Shown here piece by piece: positions 50,574 through 60,931 of a stretch of DNA of 64,000 nucleotides (positions are counted from its first letter, which is position 1; each line of letters starts with the position of its first letter). The stretch lies in IMG/VR virus record IMGVR_UViG_3300042881_006586. One strand, given 5' to 3'. Position numbers and translations under genes: made by a program. Source of the DNA: a virus. Under the pieces are notes generated by a model, which saw only the letters and a list, made by a program, of their open reading frames with translations, was not told the DNA's origin and did not search any database.

Positions 50574-53248
50574 TGGCTGAAAAATATGTAGGAGAAGTTC
50601 CACACAAAACTAATGACTTAGCACTAAATAATACCGCAACTGTAATATCTACAATTGGCGGAGTGGAAGTCACTACAAATTTAAATCCACCAAGAGCAAG
50701 AACCTTTTTACCTCCAAAATTCTCTACGTTTTACACTTTAGAAAACGTAGAGACTGTTTCTTTAAAGAATACTGTATTCAATCCTGAGAAGTCATTAAAA
50801 CTTTATTTGGATAAAACAAATCCAAAGTATTTTTCAAAGTATAGTTCTCTTTTGGAATTAGTAAGAGTTTCTTTAGAAACAATTCTTTTAACATATCCTG
50901 CATCTATATACTCAAAAACAAATGTTTTAGGAGTTATAGGTCAAAATATAATTAATTCGGGATATTATTTTATTGATGAAACAACTACATTTTCTGCAAA
51001 TGTAAGTTTCTTTTCAAATCCTTTTGGAATCTATCATCAAAGCAATCCTGACTATAAATTTCCCGATGAAAGAATTCCTTCATTAAGAAATTTAACCAAA
51101 AATTTTAATAAATATGAATTAGTAGTTGATGGAGTGAAATATCCTATTTTGAATTTCACTCCTTCTCAAACAACTACAAACGATTTTGTCAAAATAAAAA
51201 TCAAAGGAAATCCTTTTGACCTTGGAAACAGTTCTAAAGAATTCTATATTAAACCTATGGATTCTGAGATAAATCTTTTTTATGATTCCTTAGATGATTT
51301 TGAAGCATATCTTTTGAACAAAGATAATAATTTCAGCGCAATCTTTCAAACAACTGAAGAAGTTGATGGTGGATTGTTTTTAGATTATAACTTGGAACTA
51401 CAATTTCCTAAAGCAGATGATTATAATCTTGATATAGTTTCAGCTTTTTATGATATCTATGTGGCAGACTTAGTTGAATTTGCTAAAAAATTTGATGATA
51501 AAAAGGGTAATCTCTTAATGAGAAAATTAGTCCCCGAAAGTGTGCAAAGTGTTACTTTGGAAGACCTTAATGCAGAATACCCCACTTATGGCGAAGTCAA
51601 TAGACTTTTAATAGTATATGGAAGAAATTTAGACGATATCAACTATTATATAGAAGGTATTAGAACTTTGAATTCAGTAACTTATACAAAAAGAGATAGT
51701 ATGCCTGAAGCATTGCTTTTTGATTTTATTAAATCTTTAGGATGGGACATGAACATTAATCCACCACTTCCAAATGATTTATTGAGATTATTAGCATTAA
51801 ACTCTGCTTGGGTATTTAAATCAAAAGGAACAAGGAATGCTATAGATTTTATGTTAAATTTCTTAGGGATTCCTCAAGAAATAGTTGATTTTAATGAATA
51901 TGTCATCAGAGCAAAAAAACCTGTAGACGTTGATAAATTAAGATTTTATTATAACCTTATAAACCCAAATGTTACATTTGATATTAATACTCTACCTATA
52001 GATGAGGAAGGTTATCCAAAATTTTATCCTGATAACGAAATTGATTATTTTCAAAGATACGGTAAATTAGATAGAGGTTTATCATATTTTTATAAGTATG
52101 TAAATTTATTCCCAAGTGAATTTACAGGAACTACTTTAACTTATACTGAAAATGTAGAAAGTTATAAAGTTCTTTTTGAACAAAATTGGGAAATGACAGG
52201 AGTTAATTTAGCTTATGATATAGTTGATAACAATTTGATTCATAATGAATGTTTCACTGTTTCAGGTGAAACTGTTACAGACCCTTATCCTGAAATATTT
52301 TTGGATGATTGTGGATGTCCTTTACCTATTTCAGATAAAGTTTTAAAAATTTGCTCTACTCCAACAATATTCACAGGTTGCACTAATATCATATTAGATA
52401 TTTGGTATGATTGCAATGCAAGTGGGGATACTGCGGTTTTGCATATAAATTCTTATGGGGGAAAGGGAGTTGTTTCAATTTCAGGTGCAACAGATGGTCA
52501 AATTGTTTCCACAGGCGATACATTTGCTATTTATGGTACAGATGAAAATGGATGTGTTTCTGATACATATAATGTTACAATTGAATGTGTTGACCCATGT
52601 TTGACCACAGACTTATTTGCAACTATTACATATATCTGTAATCTTGACGAATTCGGTCAAAATGATGGTACTGCAACAGTTTCAGTAACACATAATGGAG
52701 TTTCTTCAACAGGAATTGAAGATGGGGATATAATAAACGATGGTGAATTTGCAACTATAACAGTTTACGATATTTTTGGCTGTGAAGTAACCGAAAGTGT
52801 GTTGATAGATTGTCCTCTGCCTGAAGAAGTAGAATGTGAAGCCATAACTATAGATATGTCAGTTGAAACAACAAGTGTTACTTTAGAATCACCATGTTCA
52901 GGTAAAGTAAACGTTGTCTTCGATTTAGACCCACTTCCTGCAGGACATATTATAGACACAGTACAATTAACAATTACAGGTAATGGTGGAGATGATGCTT
53001 ATGTTGTAGGCTCACCTGTAATTACAACATTTAACTTACTTGCAGGAGTAGAAACAGTTGATTTAGATTTCAGTGCTTTATGTGAAGCTGACCCTGCTCA
53101 ACCAATACCAACAACTATTTCATTTGATATTGATATTGATGTAACATTTACAAATGGATGTGAATACACTGAATCATTTACAAATATGACAGTTAATCCG
53201 AGACAATTAGGTGATAATGTCACAGAAACAAAAATAGTATTACCATAA
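50573..53248 (+). CDS. Baseplate wedge protein (gp7 / P2 gpI-like motif) with C-terminal SprB-like repeats
   Basis: SLGW...FKSKGTRNAIDFMLNFLG; C-terminal G.T..V...D.NGC type repeats. Confidence 0.6.
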   Translation: MAEKYVGEVPHKTNDLALNNTATVISTIGGVEVTTNLNPPRARTFLPPKFSTFYTLENVETVSLKNTVFNPEKSLKLYLDKTNPKYFSKYSSLLELVRVSLETILLTYPASIYSKTNVLGVIGQNIINSGYYFIDETTTFSANVSFFSNPFGIYHQSNPDYKFPDERIPSLRNLTKNFNKYELVVDGVKYPILNFTPSQTTTNDFVKIKIKGNPFDLGNSSKEFYIKPMDSEINLFYDSLDDFEAYLLNKDNNFSAIFQTTEEVDGGLFLDYNLELQFPKADDYNLDIVSAFYDIYVADLVEFAKKFDDKKGNLLMRKLVPESVQSVTLEDLNAEYPTYGEVNRLLIVYGRNLDDINYYIEGIRTLNSVTYTKRDSMPEALLFDFIKSLGWDMNINPPLPNDLLRLLALNSAWVFKSKGTRNAIDFMLNFLGIPQEIVDFNEYVIRAKKPVDVDKLRFYYNLINPNVTFDINTLPIDEEGYPKFYPDNEIDYFQRYGKLDRGLSYFYKYVNLFPSEFTGTTLTYTENVESYKVLFEQNWEMTGVNLAYDIVDNNLIHNECFTVSGETVTDPYPEIFLDDCGCPLPISDKVLKICSTPTIFTGCTNIILDIWYDCNASGDTAVLHINSYGGKGVVSISGATDGQIVSTGDTFAIYGTDENGCVSDTYNVTIECVDPCLTTDLFATITYICNLDEFGQNDGTATVSVTHNGVSSTGIEDGDIINDGEFATITVYDIFGCEVTESVLIDCPLPEEVECEAITIDMSVETTSVTLESPCSGKVNVVFDLDPLPAGHIIDTVQLTITGNGGDDAYVVGSPVITTFNLLAGVETVDLDFSALCEADPAQPIPTTISFDIDIDVTFTNGCEYTESFTNMTVNPRQLGDNVTETKIVLP

Positions 53249-53249
53249 T

Positions 53250-56135
53250 ATGGCTTGTTTACAGAATGTAAGAATAAAACAAACGGTAACTTATGATTCC
53301 ACGCCTGATTTAGTAAATGGGTTGGTTCAAGGGCAATTAGATGTTGAAATTTTCAACACCTACGGATTCCCTATTTCAGGTGAAGTTATTGTGGATAGAG
53401 TAAGAGATTTACCTGTTGTTAATCTTCAAGATGCTTCTATTTCCGAGACACAGTACATTACTTCAACAGGAGATACTTTTAATTTCAATTTTTATTATCC
53501 TTCAACTGAACCTATTAATGTCGTTATAAACATAAAAGTAAAAATAAGAGTTGAAGATTGTTTTTATGAACATACTTGTAGTCATGTATTATTGACACCT
53601 AATCCTACTGAAGATTTTTCATATTGTGATATATTTGTTCAAGGATATGAAGTAATTTCGGGTTGTACTAATCCGCTTTATTATGAATTCAATCCTAATG
53701 CAAATTTTGATGATGGTAGTTGTTCATTGTTAAAGCCTGTATTTGGCTGCACAAATCCTCTTGCAGTAAATTATAATCCTAATGCTGATTATAATGATGG
53801 GTCTTGTATTTTTGCTTCAGGATGTACAAATCCTGTTGCAGTAAATTATGACCTTATTGCAGTAATTGATGATGGTTCATGTGAATGCGGTGATATAAAC
53901 GTTCAATTAAACTTTAATCAGTTATCAGGAGAAAGTTTTGTTATAGAATCTAATTGTCAATATCTTTTTGAATTTGATTGGTTTGCACAAATTGATTGTG
54001 GAAAATTGATTGAATATCTTCAAACTGATACAAGAACTATATTAGAAGTTTTAGGTGATTTAGCTGTTAATGCTCAGGCATTTGTATTAACAGATGAAGA
54101 AGGATTGATATTAGATTATACAGGTGGAACTATCTCTTATACAGGAGATACTACATATCTTTTAGCTCAAGATGAAAATTTATATACTTTTGATTCAGCG
54201 GTTGTTCCTTATGGAATTGGTACAACAGGTTCTGAAGAAGATTGCGCTTTTGTCAATGATTTAATTTCAACAGAATTAGGATTAGATTGTGTTTCAGATG
54301 TAGATATAGAAAATAGATTTAAAGGTTCTTGGACAAAGAGCACCTTCATTTTAAATTCTGATTTAGTGGGTTCTTTCACTAAATTCAATTTAAATTTTGC
54401 CAATTTCAATTTTGGAGCTTGTGTTCATTTGGATAATGTGAAAGTTTCAAAATTATGCAGTAATAATCAAACTAAATGTGTGATTATTCCAAGTCAATAC
54501 GGATTAGAATTTGATAAGGTTATTGATAATAAGAAAGGATGGTTATACTCTGAAGAATTAACAAGTAGAACTTATGAATTTGAAAATCAAGAAACAAATT
54601 ATCAAGATTTTGATTCAAGATTGATTTTTAATACAAAAGAATTAGAATTAACTATCAATCCTGTAAAATATATAGAATCAGATGTACTTTCTTATTATGA
54701 ATATTATAGAAAGTTTTTTATTGCTATAGATGAAAGATATACTACTCTTACTAAAAACTATATTACATACGAAGCTATTAATCCTGTTGGAAGGCAATTT
54801 ATTAGACAATATCCGTTCCTAAATACTATCTATGAACAATATTTAGATGGATTAGATTGTGCTCCAACGAAAGCATTAGATTATCCTTATGGAATTGAAA
54901 TCATAAATAATACAGGAGACTATTGGTATTCTGCAGTAAAACAATTGCTTCCTGCGACAACTATATGGAATGAGGCACAATATACTTATAAAAACAATAT
55001 TTTTCATAAACCAAAGCATACATACAAAAAATATACTTTAGGTGGCGAAAGTGATACTGAAATTGATTCTCCTTCAGGAGTAACTGTTGTTTGTACCGTT
55101 GTGAGTGATAAATGTTTATCAGAAAGCTTTGATAGTATCGATGGATTTTTAAGTTTTGATTTTGGAAATGTTCAATGTACTTCCATTTTTACAGGTGGCA
55201 CAATTGGATATTCAGGTTCAGGTGGAGAAGGGAATTTCTCAGGAAAATTGGTACAATATTCCACAAATGAAAATGGTGAGAATACTATTGAAAATTATAT
55301 TGGTTTCAATGATTTTGAATGTATAACAGGTGAACCTATACCTACAGGAGATACTTGTGAGAGTGTAGTAATAGTAGCAAATCTTTCATATGAATGTATT
55401 CAAATTGAAAGTATAAACACAGGTTTTGCAGATGTAACTTTGACAGTTTCAGGAGGTCAAGCACCTTATACTATTACAGGATATTATTCGGGAACTATTC
55501 CTACTGAAGGTGGAAGTGTTACTTTTGAAGCTGAACACGATGAGGTTGTAATAATTGCTGTAGAAGATGCTAATGGTTGTACAAGCACAAATAACTTCAT
55601 AGAGATAGATTGCCCTATTCCTTTGGATAATTGTACCCCTGTTACTTGTGGAGATAATGAGTTCCAATTGGAGGTTAAATTGACTAATGATTTTAGTGGA
55701 GTTATTTCGGGAATTGATTCTTATGTTTTTGAAGTGAATTTAACTTCTCCAACATCATATTTAGGCACGTTAACAGGAAGTTACAAAATATCAGATTTGA
55801 ATTTTACTAATGCTATTTTGGTCGCAAAAGAAAGATATCATAGTGGTGCAGATTATACTCCTGATGTTGAATTGAGTAATTATTTAGAATTTGGATTTAA
55901 TCAATTAACTCCAAGTGGAGATGCTAATACTGCAGGAGCAACCGATTCACCTTGGTATCAAAATTTCTTTAAGAATGTTACTTTTGCCACTGATAATCCT
56001 AATTTCATTGTAGGAAATACTATTACAATTGATATTGCATTATTTGATGAAGATTTTTGTGTTCATAAAAATTCTATTACATTAACTATACCTGCAAATG
56101 ATACTTCAACAACAGTTACTTCAACAATTTTTTAA
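53250..56135 (+). CDS. Tail fibre/baseplate protein with GCTNP..DGSC repeats and an SprB-like repeat
   Basis: Three GCTNP.A.NY...A..DDGSC-type repeats; VSGGQAPY...VEDANGC. Confidence 0.6.
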   Translation: MACLQNVRIKQTVTYDSTPDLVNGLVQGQLDVEIFNTYGFPISGEVIVDRVRDLPVVNLQDASISETQYITSTGDTFNFNFYYPSTEPINVVINIKVKIRVEDCFYEHTCSHVLLTPNPTEDFSYCDIFVQGYEVISGCTNPLYYEFNPNANFDDGSCSLLKPVFGCTNPLAVNYNPNADYNDGSCIFASGCTNPVAVNYDLIAVIDDGSCECGDINVQLNFNQLSGESFVIESNCQYLFEFDWFAQIDCGKLIEYLQTDTRTILEVLGDLAVNAQAFVLTDEEGLILDYTGGTISYTGDTTYLLAQDENLYTFDSAVVPYGIGTTGSEEDCAFVNDLISTELGLDCVSDVDIENRFKGSWTKSTFILNSDLVGSFTKFNLNFANFNFGACVHLDNVKVSKLCSNNQTKCVIIPSQYGLEFDKVIDNKKGWLYSEELTSRTYEFENQETNYQDFDSRLIFNTKELELTINPVKYIESDVLSYYEYYRKFFIAIDERYTTLTKNYITYEAINPVGRQFIRQYPFLNTIYEQYLDGLDCAPTKALDYPYGIEIINNTGDYWYSAVKQLLPATTIWNEAQYTYKNNIFHKPKHTYKKYTLGGESDTEIDSPSGVTVVCTVVSDKCLSESFDSIDGFLSFDFGNVQCTSIFTGGTIGYSGSGGEGNFSGKLVQYSTNENGENTIENYIGFNDFECITGEPIPTGDTCESVVIVANLSYECIQIESINTGFADVTLTVSGGQAPYTITGYYSGTIPTEGGSVTFEAEHDEVVIIAVEDANGCTSTNNFIEIDCPIPLDNCTPVTCGDNEFQLEVKLTNDFSGVISGIDSYVFEVNLTSPTSYLGTLTGSYKISDLNFTNAILVAKERYHSGADYTPDVELSNYLEFGFNQLTPSGDANTAGATDSPWYQNFFKNVTFATDNPNFIVGNTITIDIALFDEDFCVHKNSITLTIPANDTSTTVTSTIF
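53661..53882 (+). repeat. Three degenerate 21 aa Cys-bracketed repeats
   Basis: GCTNPLYYEFNPNANFDDGSC, GCTNPLAVNYNPNADYNDGSC, GCTNPVAVNYDLIAVIDDGSC. Confidence 0.9.
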
Positions 56136-56138
56136 GAT

Positions 56139-56768
56139 ATGCCATTTACCACTTTTGATGTTAATATTTTTGGAACTTCACATGTTGATTTAGATGGAAA
56201 CGATTCTGATGGATTTCAAAGAGAATTTTTAATACATGTTTTACAAGTCGAATGTAATCAAACAATTGGAACTTTTGATATGTTTATTGAATTTTATGCA
56301 TTTCCTTGGAAAGATGGCACATTTTCAGAATGGTTATTAACACCTAACTTACAAGGTGGATATATTGAAGAAATGTTTACAAATGGAAGACCACAAGTTA
56401 TACATTTAGATACTATGACACCTAATGCAATTGTAGACTTATATTCATCATGTACTATTCCTGCACCACCATGTCCATCGCCTTTAGATATGAGATTAAC
56501 TTCGCAAACATTTCAAGTACCAATATCTACAATCTCTCCTACAGGTTACAAGCAAACTGATACTGATATGAATAATGTAGATTTAATTATTGCAGAATTA
56601 CCTGTAAATATAACAATTATTGCGGATGGATGTAGATATAATTCTAATCTTGGCACTAAAATAAATATTTATAGAAATTATTTTGCTGCAGGAGGGCTTT
56701 TTGGGAGTTCTTTAAGTAATCCAAATAATTATCCAATAGGTTTCGATGAAAAAATAACAATATCATAA
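56139..56768 (+). CDS. Hypothetical structural protein
   Basis: 209 aa, in the fibre module. Confidence 0.55.
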   Translation: MPFTTFDVNIFGTSHVDLDGNDSDGFQREFLIHVLQVECNQTIGTFDMFIEFYAFPWKDGTFSEWLLTPNLQGGYIEEMFTNGRPQVIHLDTMTPNAIVDLYSSCTIPAPPCPSPLDMRLTSQTFQVPISTISPTGYKQTDTDMNNVDLIIAELPVNITIIADGCRYNSNLGTKINIYRNYFAAGGLFGSSLSNPNNYPIGFDEKITIS

Positions 56769-56782
56769 TAAAATAAAATAAT

Positions 56783-58867
56783 ATGTCTTATATAATAGAA
56801 AAGAAGAGTCCATTAATTTTAACAAGATTGACAGCCAAAGGAAGAGAGAAAATCGCAAGAGGAACTTTTACTTGGGGTTTTTGGAGTTTGGGTGATTCTG
56901 AAGTTGATTATAAAAATATTGAAGATATTCCTTCTGAATTTGGAACTTCAAATATTTTGAAACCAAAAGATTTTCAACCGAACACCAAAACTTTCTTAGA
57001 AAAAGCTGAATGTGCAATATTATCTCCTATTGCTGCAGGTGAAAGACAAACAATCGAATGCTGCGTTAAAGATAGAGCAATTGAAAGAGGTTTTTTCAGT
57101 GGTACTACCGATGAATTGATTACAAGCAGCGATTATCTGAGAACATCAGGAACTGTATTGCTTTCTCAATTCAATGGGAGTAATACAATTGACATTGGAA
57201 CTGTTAATTTTGAAGATGGAGATTATATCTTATTCAAAATAAATAATCCTATTGTAGGAACTTTAACTCCTGAAGAAACTGAAGCCCCTGTATTATATCT
57301 TTGGTACAAAATAGAAAAGACTCCGCTTTCAACTATTATAACTGTTGATAGATATTTGCCATACTTCTCATTTTTGGCTGATATTTCTGTCAATTATTAC
57401 ATTTTTCCTAAAGGAGAGTCTATACTTGAATATTATGGTAGTGGTTCAACAATTCCTTATTGGAATAAAGAAACTCTTGAATTTATCACAACCTGTGATG
57501 TTTCCCAATATGATGTCAACGTTTTAAACATGAACAATGTTTGGAATGAAAGCATGTTGGGAACTCAATCTAACAATGAAGATTACCATTATTACGGTTC
57601 AATGGATTATGTAGGTCAAAAGGAATACTTTGGATATAACATAGATTTACCTGAAGCTTTAAATAGTGGAATAGATTGTGAAGATAAATTTTTAAGTGTA
57701 TATGACAACTATATCAAAGGGATTGGAATCATTCACTTTACAAACCTTAATATTTCAAATGATTACGGTGAAAAATATTATATAAACCATAATGAATCAA
57801 ATCCTTTAACTATAAAAATGCCAACAGTTATGTGGCATAGAAGATGGTTTGGGGGTTCAGGTGCAGGTAATGTTATAGGAATGAACTTTATTACTTCAGG
57901 AGATACTAAAACTGTTCCTGAAAGTAATATTGAATATTATGAGTTATTTGAAGACCCTTCATTGATACAACCTTCAGGAACACCTATTGCAGTTGGAAGA
58001 GTATTCCCTGATTTGAAAGTAGTTGTTATTCATGATGAAGAATTGCTTGCAACTATGTCTTATAAGTCAAGTAGAAATTTCACTTTGCCAAGATTAGATG
58101 GTAGGTTAATTTTCCCTATAAATGGATTGAATACAGGAATTTTACCAAAAGGTAAAACAATGTATATGACTTATGCTTTAGAAGCAAATAATGGTCTTCA
58201 GTACACTTTACCTCAACAGAAATATACTAAGTTCATAAATAACTCTAAAATCGATAGAGATATTGAATTTTCATTGGAAGATACAGGACTTCTTCCTTAT
58301 ATGAGACAGTTTGAACAAGGTGGATATGATGGATTAGGATTTTATGCTCATAGATTTAAAGTTCTTGTGCAAATGGTAGACAATCCTGATGACAGACCTG
58401 ACCCTGATGGATGGGTAGCAATAAACTATACAACAAATGCTATTACAAGTGCAAATGGTTATACAATCAACCCATTGCTATTTGAAAACCAAAATATCCA
58501 ACAAACTAATTTCATTCTTACAAATGCGAAATTTATAACAGGGATTCCATATAGTTTAAGTGTATTGAATATTCCTTTGATGAACTGCCCCGAAGATTTG
58601 CAATTTGGAGATGAAAGATTTTTCTTTGGAAATTTAGATACCTACATTGGAGCTTGTATTTATAGAACTGTTTTCAAGTTATTAATTGATGCAAATCTTT
58701 ATATTGAATCAAGTAATCCTACTTGGGCTTCAGGAGATGATTTGTATTTTTCGGAAATAGGGCTTTATGATGATGAACAAGAATTGGTTGCAATTACAAA
58801 AATAAGCAGACCAATAAAAATGGATAGAGATACTAAATTTGCAATAGAAGTTTCTTTGGATTTTTAA
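56783..58867 (+). CDS. Baseplate / tail-fibre attachment protein
   Basis: N-terminal LTAKGREKIA..G...GDSEVDY and C-terminal FSEIGLYD..QELVAITKISRPI, resembling tail-collar/fibre anchor folds. Confidence 0.6.
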   Translation: MSYIIEKKSPLILTRLTAKGREKIARGTFTWGFWSLGDSEVDYKNIEDIPSEFGTSNILKPKDFQPNTKTFLEKAECAILSPIAAGERQTIECCVKDRAIERGFFSGTTDELITSSDYLRTSGTVLLSQFNGSNTIDIGTVNFEDGDYILFKINNPIVGTLTPEETEAPVLYLWYKIEKTPLSTIITVDRYLPYFSFLADISVNYYIFPKGESILEYYGSGSTIPYWNKETLEFITTCDVSQYDVNVLNMNNVWNESMLGTQSNNEDYHYYGSMDYVGQKEYFGYNIDLPEALNSGIDCEDKFLSVYDNYIKGIGIIHFTNLNISNDYGEKYYINHNESNPLTIKMPTVMWHRRWFGGSGAGNVIGMNFITSGDTKTVPESNIEYYELFEDPSLIQPSGTPIAVGRVFPDLKVVVIHDEELLATMSYKSSRNFTLPRLDGRLIFPINGLNTGILPKGKTMYMTYALEANNGLQYTLPQQKYTKFINNSKIDRDIEFSLEDTGLLPYMRQFEQGGYDGLGFYAHRFKVLVQMVDNPDDRPDPDGWVAINYTTNAITSANGYTINPLLFENQNIQQTNFILTNAKFITGIPYSLSVLNIPLMNCPEDLQFGDERFFFGNLDTYIGACIYRTVFKLLIDANLYIESSNPTWASGDDLYFSEIGLYDDEQELVAITKISRPIKMDRDTKFAIEVSLDF

Positions 58868-58898
58868 AAAATACTGAATATTTATATTAAAAAGTGCC

Positions 58899-59225
58899 AT
58901 GAAAATAACTTTAAGTGAACTAAGACAATTTATTAAAAATGTTATTAAGGAAAATCTTTTATCTGAAGCAAACAACCCTCCAATGGGAGGTGCAACTGAT
59001 ATATTTATCGATAATGGATATGAAGTTTTAAAATCTAATAACCAACCTGAAATGTCTTCAATAGAACTAAAAAAAGACAATAATACTGTTGTAATGAAAC
59101 GTTCAAATAATCTTGCAAATACAATTCAAGTGAATGGAGGTAAAACTACCAATTTTAGCACTATAAATGATAGAGAATTTAAACTTGCAGTTATGATGTT
59201 AGGATTAGAAGGATTACCTAAATAA
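58899..59225 (+). CDS. Leader-family protein 2 (MKITLSELRQFIKNVIKE)
   Basis: Shared leader; TATTTAT at 58879; own terminator. Confidence 0.75.
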   Translation: MKITLSELRQFIKNVIKENLLSEANNPPMGGATDIFIDNGYEVLKSNNQPEMSSIELKKDNNTVVMKRSNNLANTIQVNGGKTTNFSTINDREFKLAVMMLGLEGLPK

Positions 59226-59246
59226 ACAACCTCAAAAAAATAAATG

Positions 59247-59271
59247 AACCTCCTTTTGGGAGGTTTTTTTT
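59247..59271 (+). terminator. Intrinsic terminator
   Basis: AACCTCCT-TTT-GGGAGGTT followed by a T run. Confidence 0.8.
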
Positions 59272-59306
59272 GTTTTCTATAAAAAATGATATATTAAAAT
59301 AAAAAA

Positions 59307-60119
59307 ATGGACTCTAAATATATTTTATCTTTGGATGTAAGTACATCTACAATCGGAATTTCACTCTTTGAAGATTTAGGAAATGTGGGAAAGTTAATTA
59401 TTCTTACACATTTTGAACCTAAAATAAATCCTGAACCTGAAACTCAACTTGAAAGATTGAAAGAGAAAGCTGATTTATGTGTAGATAAAATCTATCAAGA
59501 CTTCAGTTCCTATAACATTCATAAGATAATTGTAGAAAAACCTTTGCTAAATTCTATATCTCAAAAGGTGGCAAAACTTCTTGAGATGTTCAATGAATAT
59601 TTGACAAATAAATTATCTAAAAGAATGGGTGTCGCAGTTGATTTTATCACTGTTGATGATGCAAGAAGATATGCTTTACCTGAGCTAATGGGTAAGAATG
59701 GAAAAATGATGTCAGATTTCCCTAAGAAGATTTCAGATTTGGGCAAAAATGAATGGAGCAAGTTCCTTATTATGTATTTGGTAAGCCAAAGATATAAAGG
59801 AATCAAATGGTTACTCAATAATGCATTGAAAATAAACAAGAAGAATTTCGATAGAGCCGATAGCGTTGTTGCAGGATTAGGGTATATGATTAAAGAAGGC
59901 AAATGGCTTGAAATGGGTAATGTTGATTTTTGGGAAGGTGCAGATTTTTCCTATGAAAAATGTATTGAAATCATTGAGAAAAATGTTGCCTATGAAAAAT
60001 TCTCATCTATTCATATTGAAAAGAATAAAGAACTTACTCCTGATGAAAAAATAAAAGTCAAAGGGAAATATTTGAATGAAATATTTGAAATTCAAAAATA
60101 TCTGAATGTAGAATTGTAA
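59307..60119 (+). CDS. RuvC-like Holliday junction resolvase
   Basis: ILSLDVSTSTIG, IIVEKP, FDRADSVV acidic catalytic pattern. Confidence 0.75.
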   Translation: MDSKYILSLDVSTSTIGISLFEDLGNVGKLIILTHFEPKINPEPETQLERLKEKADLCVDKIYQDFSSYNIHKIIVEKPLLNSISQKVAKLLEMFNEYLTNKLSKRMGVAVDFITVDDARRYALPELMGKNGKMMSDFPKKISDLGKNEWSKFLIMYLVSQRYKGIKWLLNNALKINKKNFDRADSVVAGLGYMIKEGKWLEMGNVDFWEGADFSYEKCIEIIEKNVAYEKFSSIHIEKNKELTPDEKIKVKGKYLNEIFEIQKYLNVEL

Positions 60120-60139
60120 GTATTCAGATATTTATATAC

Positions 60140-60562
60140 ATGAATTTAACTATAAACGATAATAAATTTAAAATAAAAGTTCAAACATCTTCAAAGGAAT
60201 TAAGAAAGGGAATGATGTTTAAAACTTTTGATGAAACCTTCAATGGAATGTTGTTTGTAAAGCAATTAGAAGAACATTGCTTTATAATGGAAAATTGTAT
60301 CATTCCTTTAGATATTATTTTTATCGATGGAGATACAATAACAAAGATTCATCATAATTGCAAACCTTCTAACGATAAAGACAATAAACGTTATTGCGGT
60401 TATGGTAATTACATTTTTGAAGTAGAAGGCGGTACTTGTAAAAATTTAGGAATAAAAAAAGGAGATAAAGTTACATTGCCATTGCAGTTAAAAGAGGGTA
60501 ATGAAACCTTAAAAAATTTCATAAGAAATATTATTAAAGAGGAAGTTATGAATATTTATTAA
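60140..60562 (+). CDS. DUF192-family protein
   Basis: RKGMMF, GMLF, FIMENCIIPLDIIFI, FEVEGG...GIKKGD. Confidence 0.8.
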   Translation: MNLTINDNKFKIKVQTSSKELRKGMMFKTFDETFNGMLFVKQLEEHCFIMENCIIPLDIIFIDGDTITKIHHNCKPSNDKDNKRYCGYGNYIFEVEGGTCKNLGIKKGDKVTLPLQLKEGNETLKNFIRNIIKEEVMNIY

Positions 60563-60574
60563 TAAAATATAATT

Positions 60575-60871
60575 ATGAGAATTACATTAAAAGAACTTCG
60601 TCAAATTGTCAAAGATGTTATTCAAGAAACATATTCTGTAGGTAATAAGTATTTTTATAAAAAAACTGAAAATGGTATTGAAATTTATAATTGGAAATCT
60701 AAATTAGTAACAACATTAAAAAATAAAGCATTTTTATCGATTCCAAATATTGAAAAGTTTTTAACAACATATTTACGTGAGGAAAATAAAATAGATTCAA
60801 ATGAAGAAGTAGTAACTAAAGACGAACTTCATAGGTTAATGGTAAAAGTTGGTGAGGGTGATGAAGATTAA
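60575..60871 (+). CDS. Leader-family protein 3 (MRITLKELRQIVKDVIQE)
   Basis: Shared leader; TATTTAT at 60553. Confidence 0.75.
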   Translation: MRITLKELRQIVKDVIQETYSVGNKYFYKKTENGIEIYNWKSKLVTTLKNKAFLSIPNIEKFLTTYLREENKIDSNEEVVTKDELHRLMVKVGEGDED

Positions 60872-60931
60872 TTTTCAATAATTTAAAATATTATGTTTTT
60901 TTTTTGATATTTATAAATAAAAAATTAAACT

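Noticed and set aside
901-59902. Many 60-130 aa ORFs antisense to or nested in long genes (e.g. 901-1122, 19817-20194, 36397-36774, 59561-59902)
   Set aside because: Shadow frames of well-supported genes, with no motifs or plausible starts.
60912-60919. T4-type late promoter TATAAATA
   Set aside because: It overlaps an ATATTTAT motif and is not the recurring upstream element at other structural genes.
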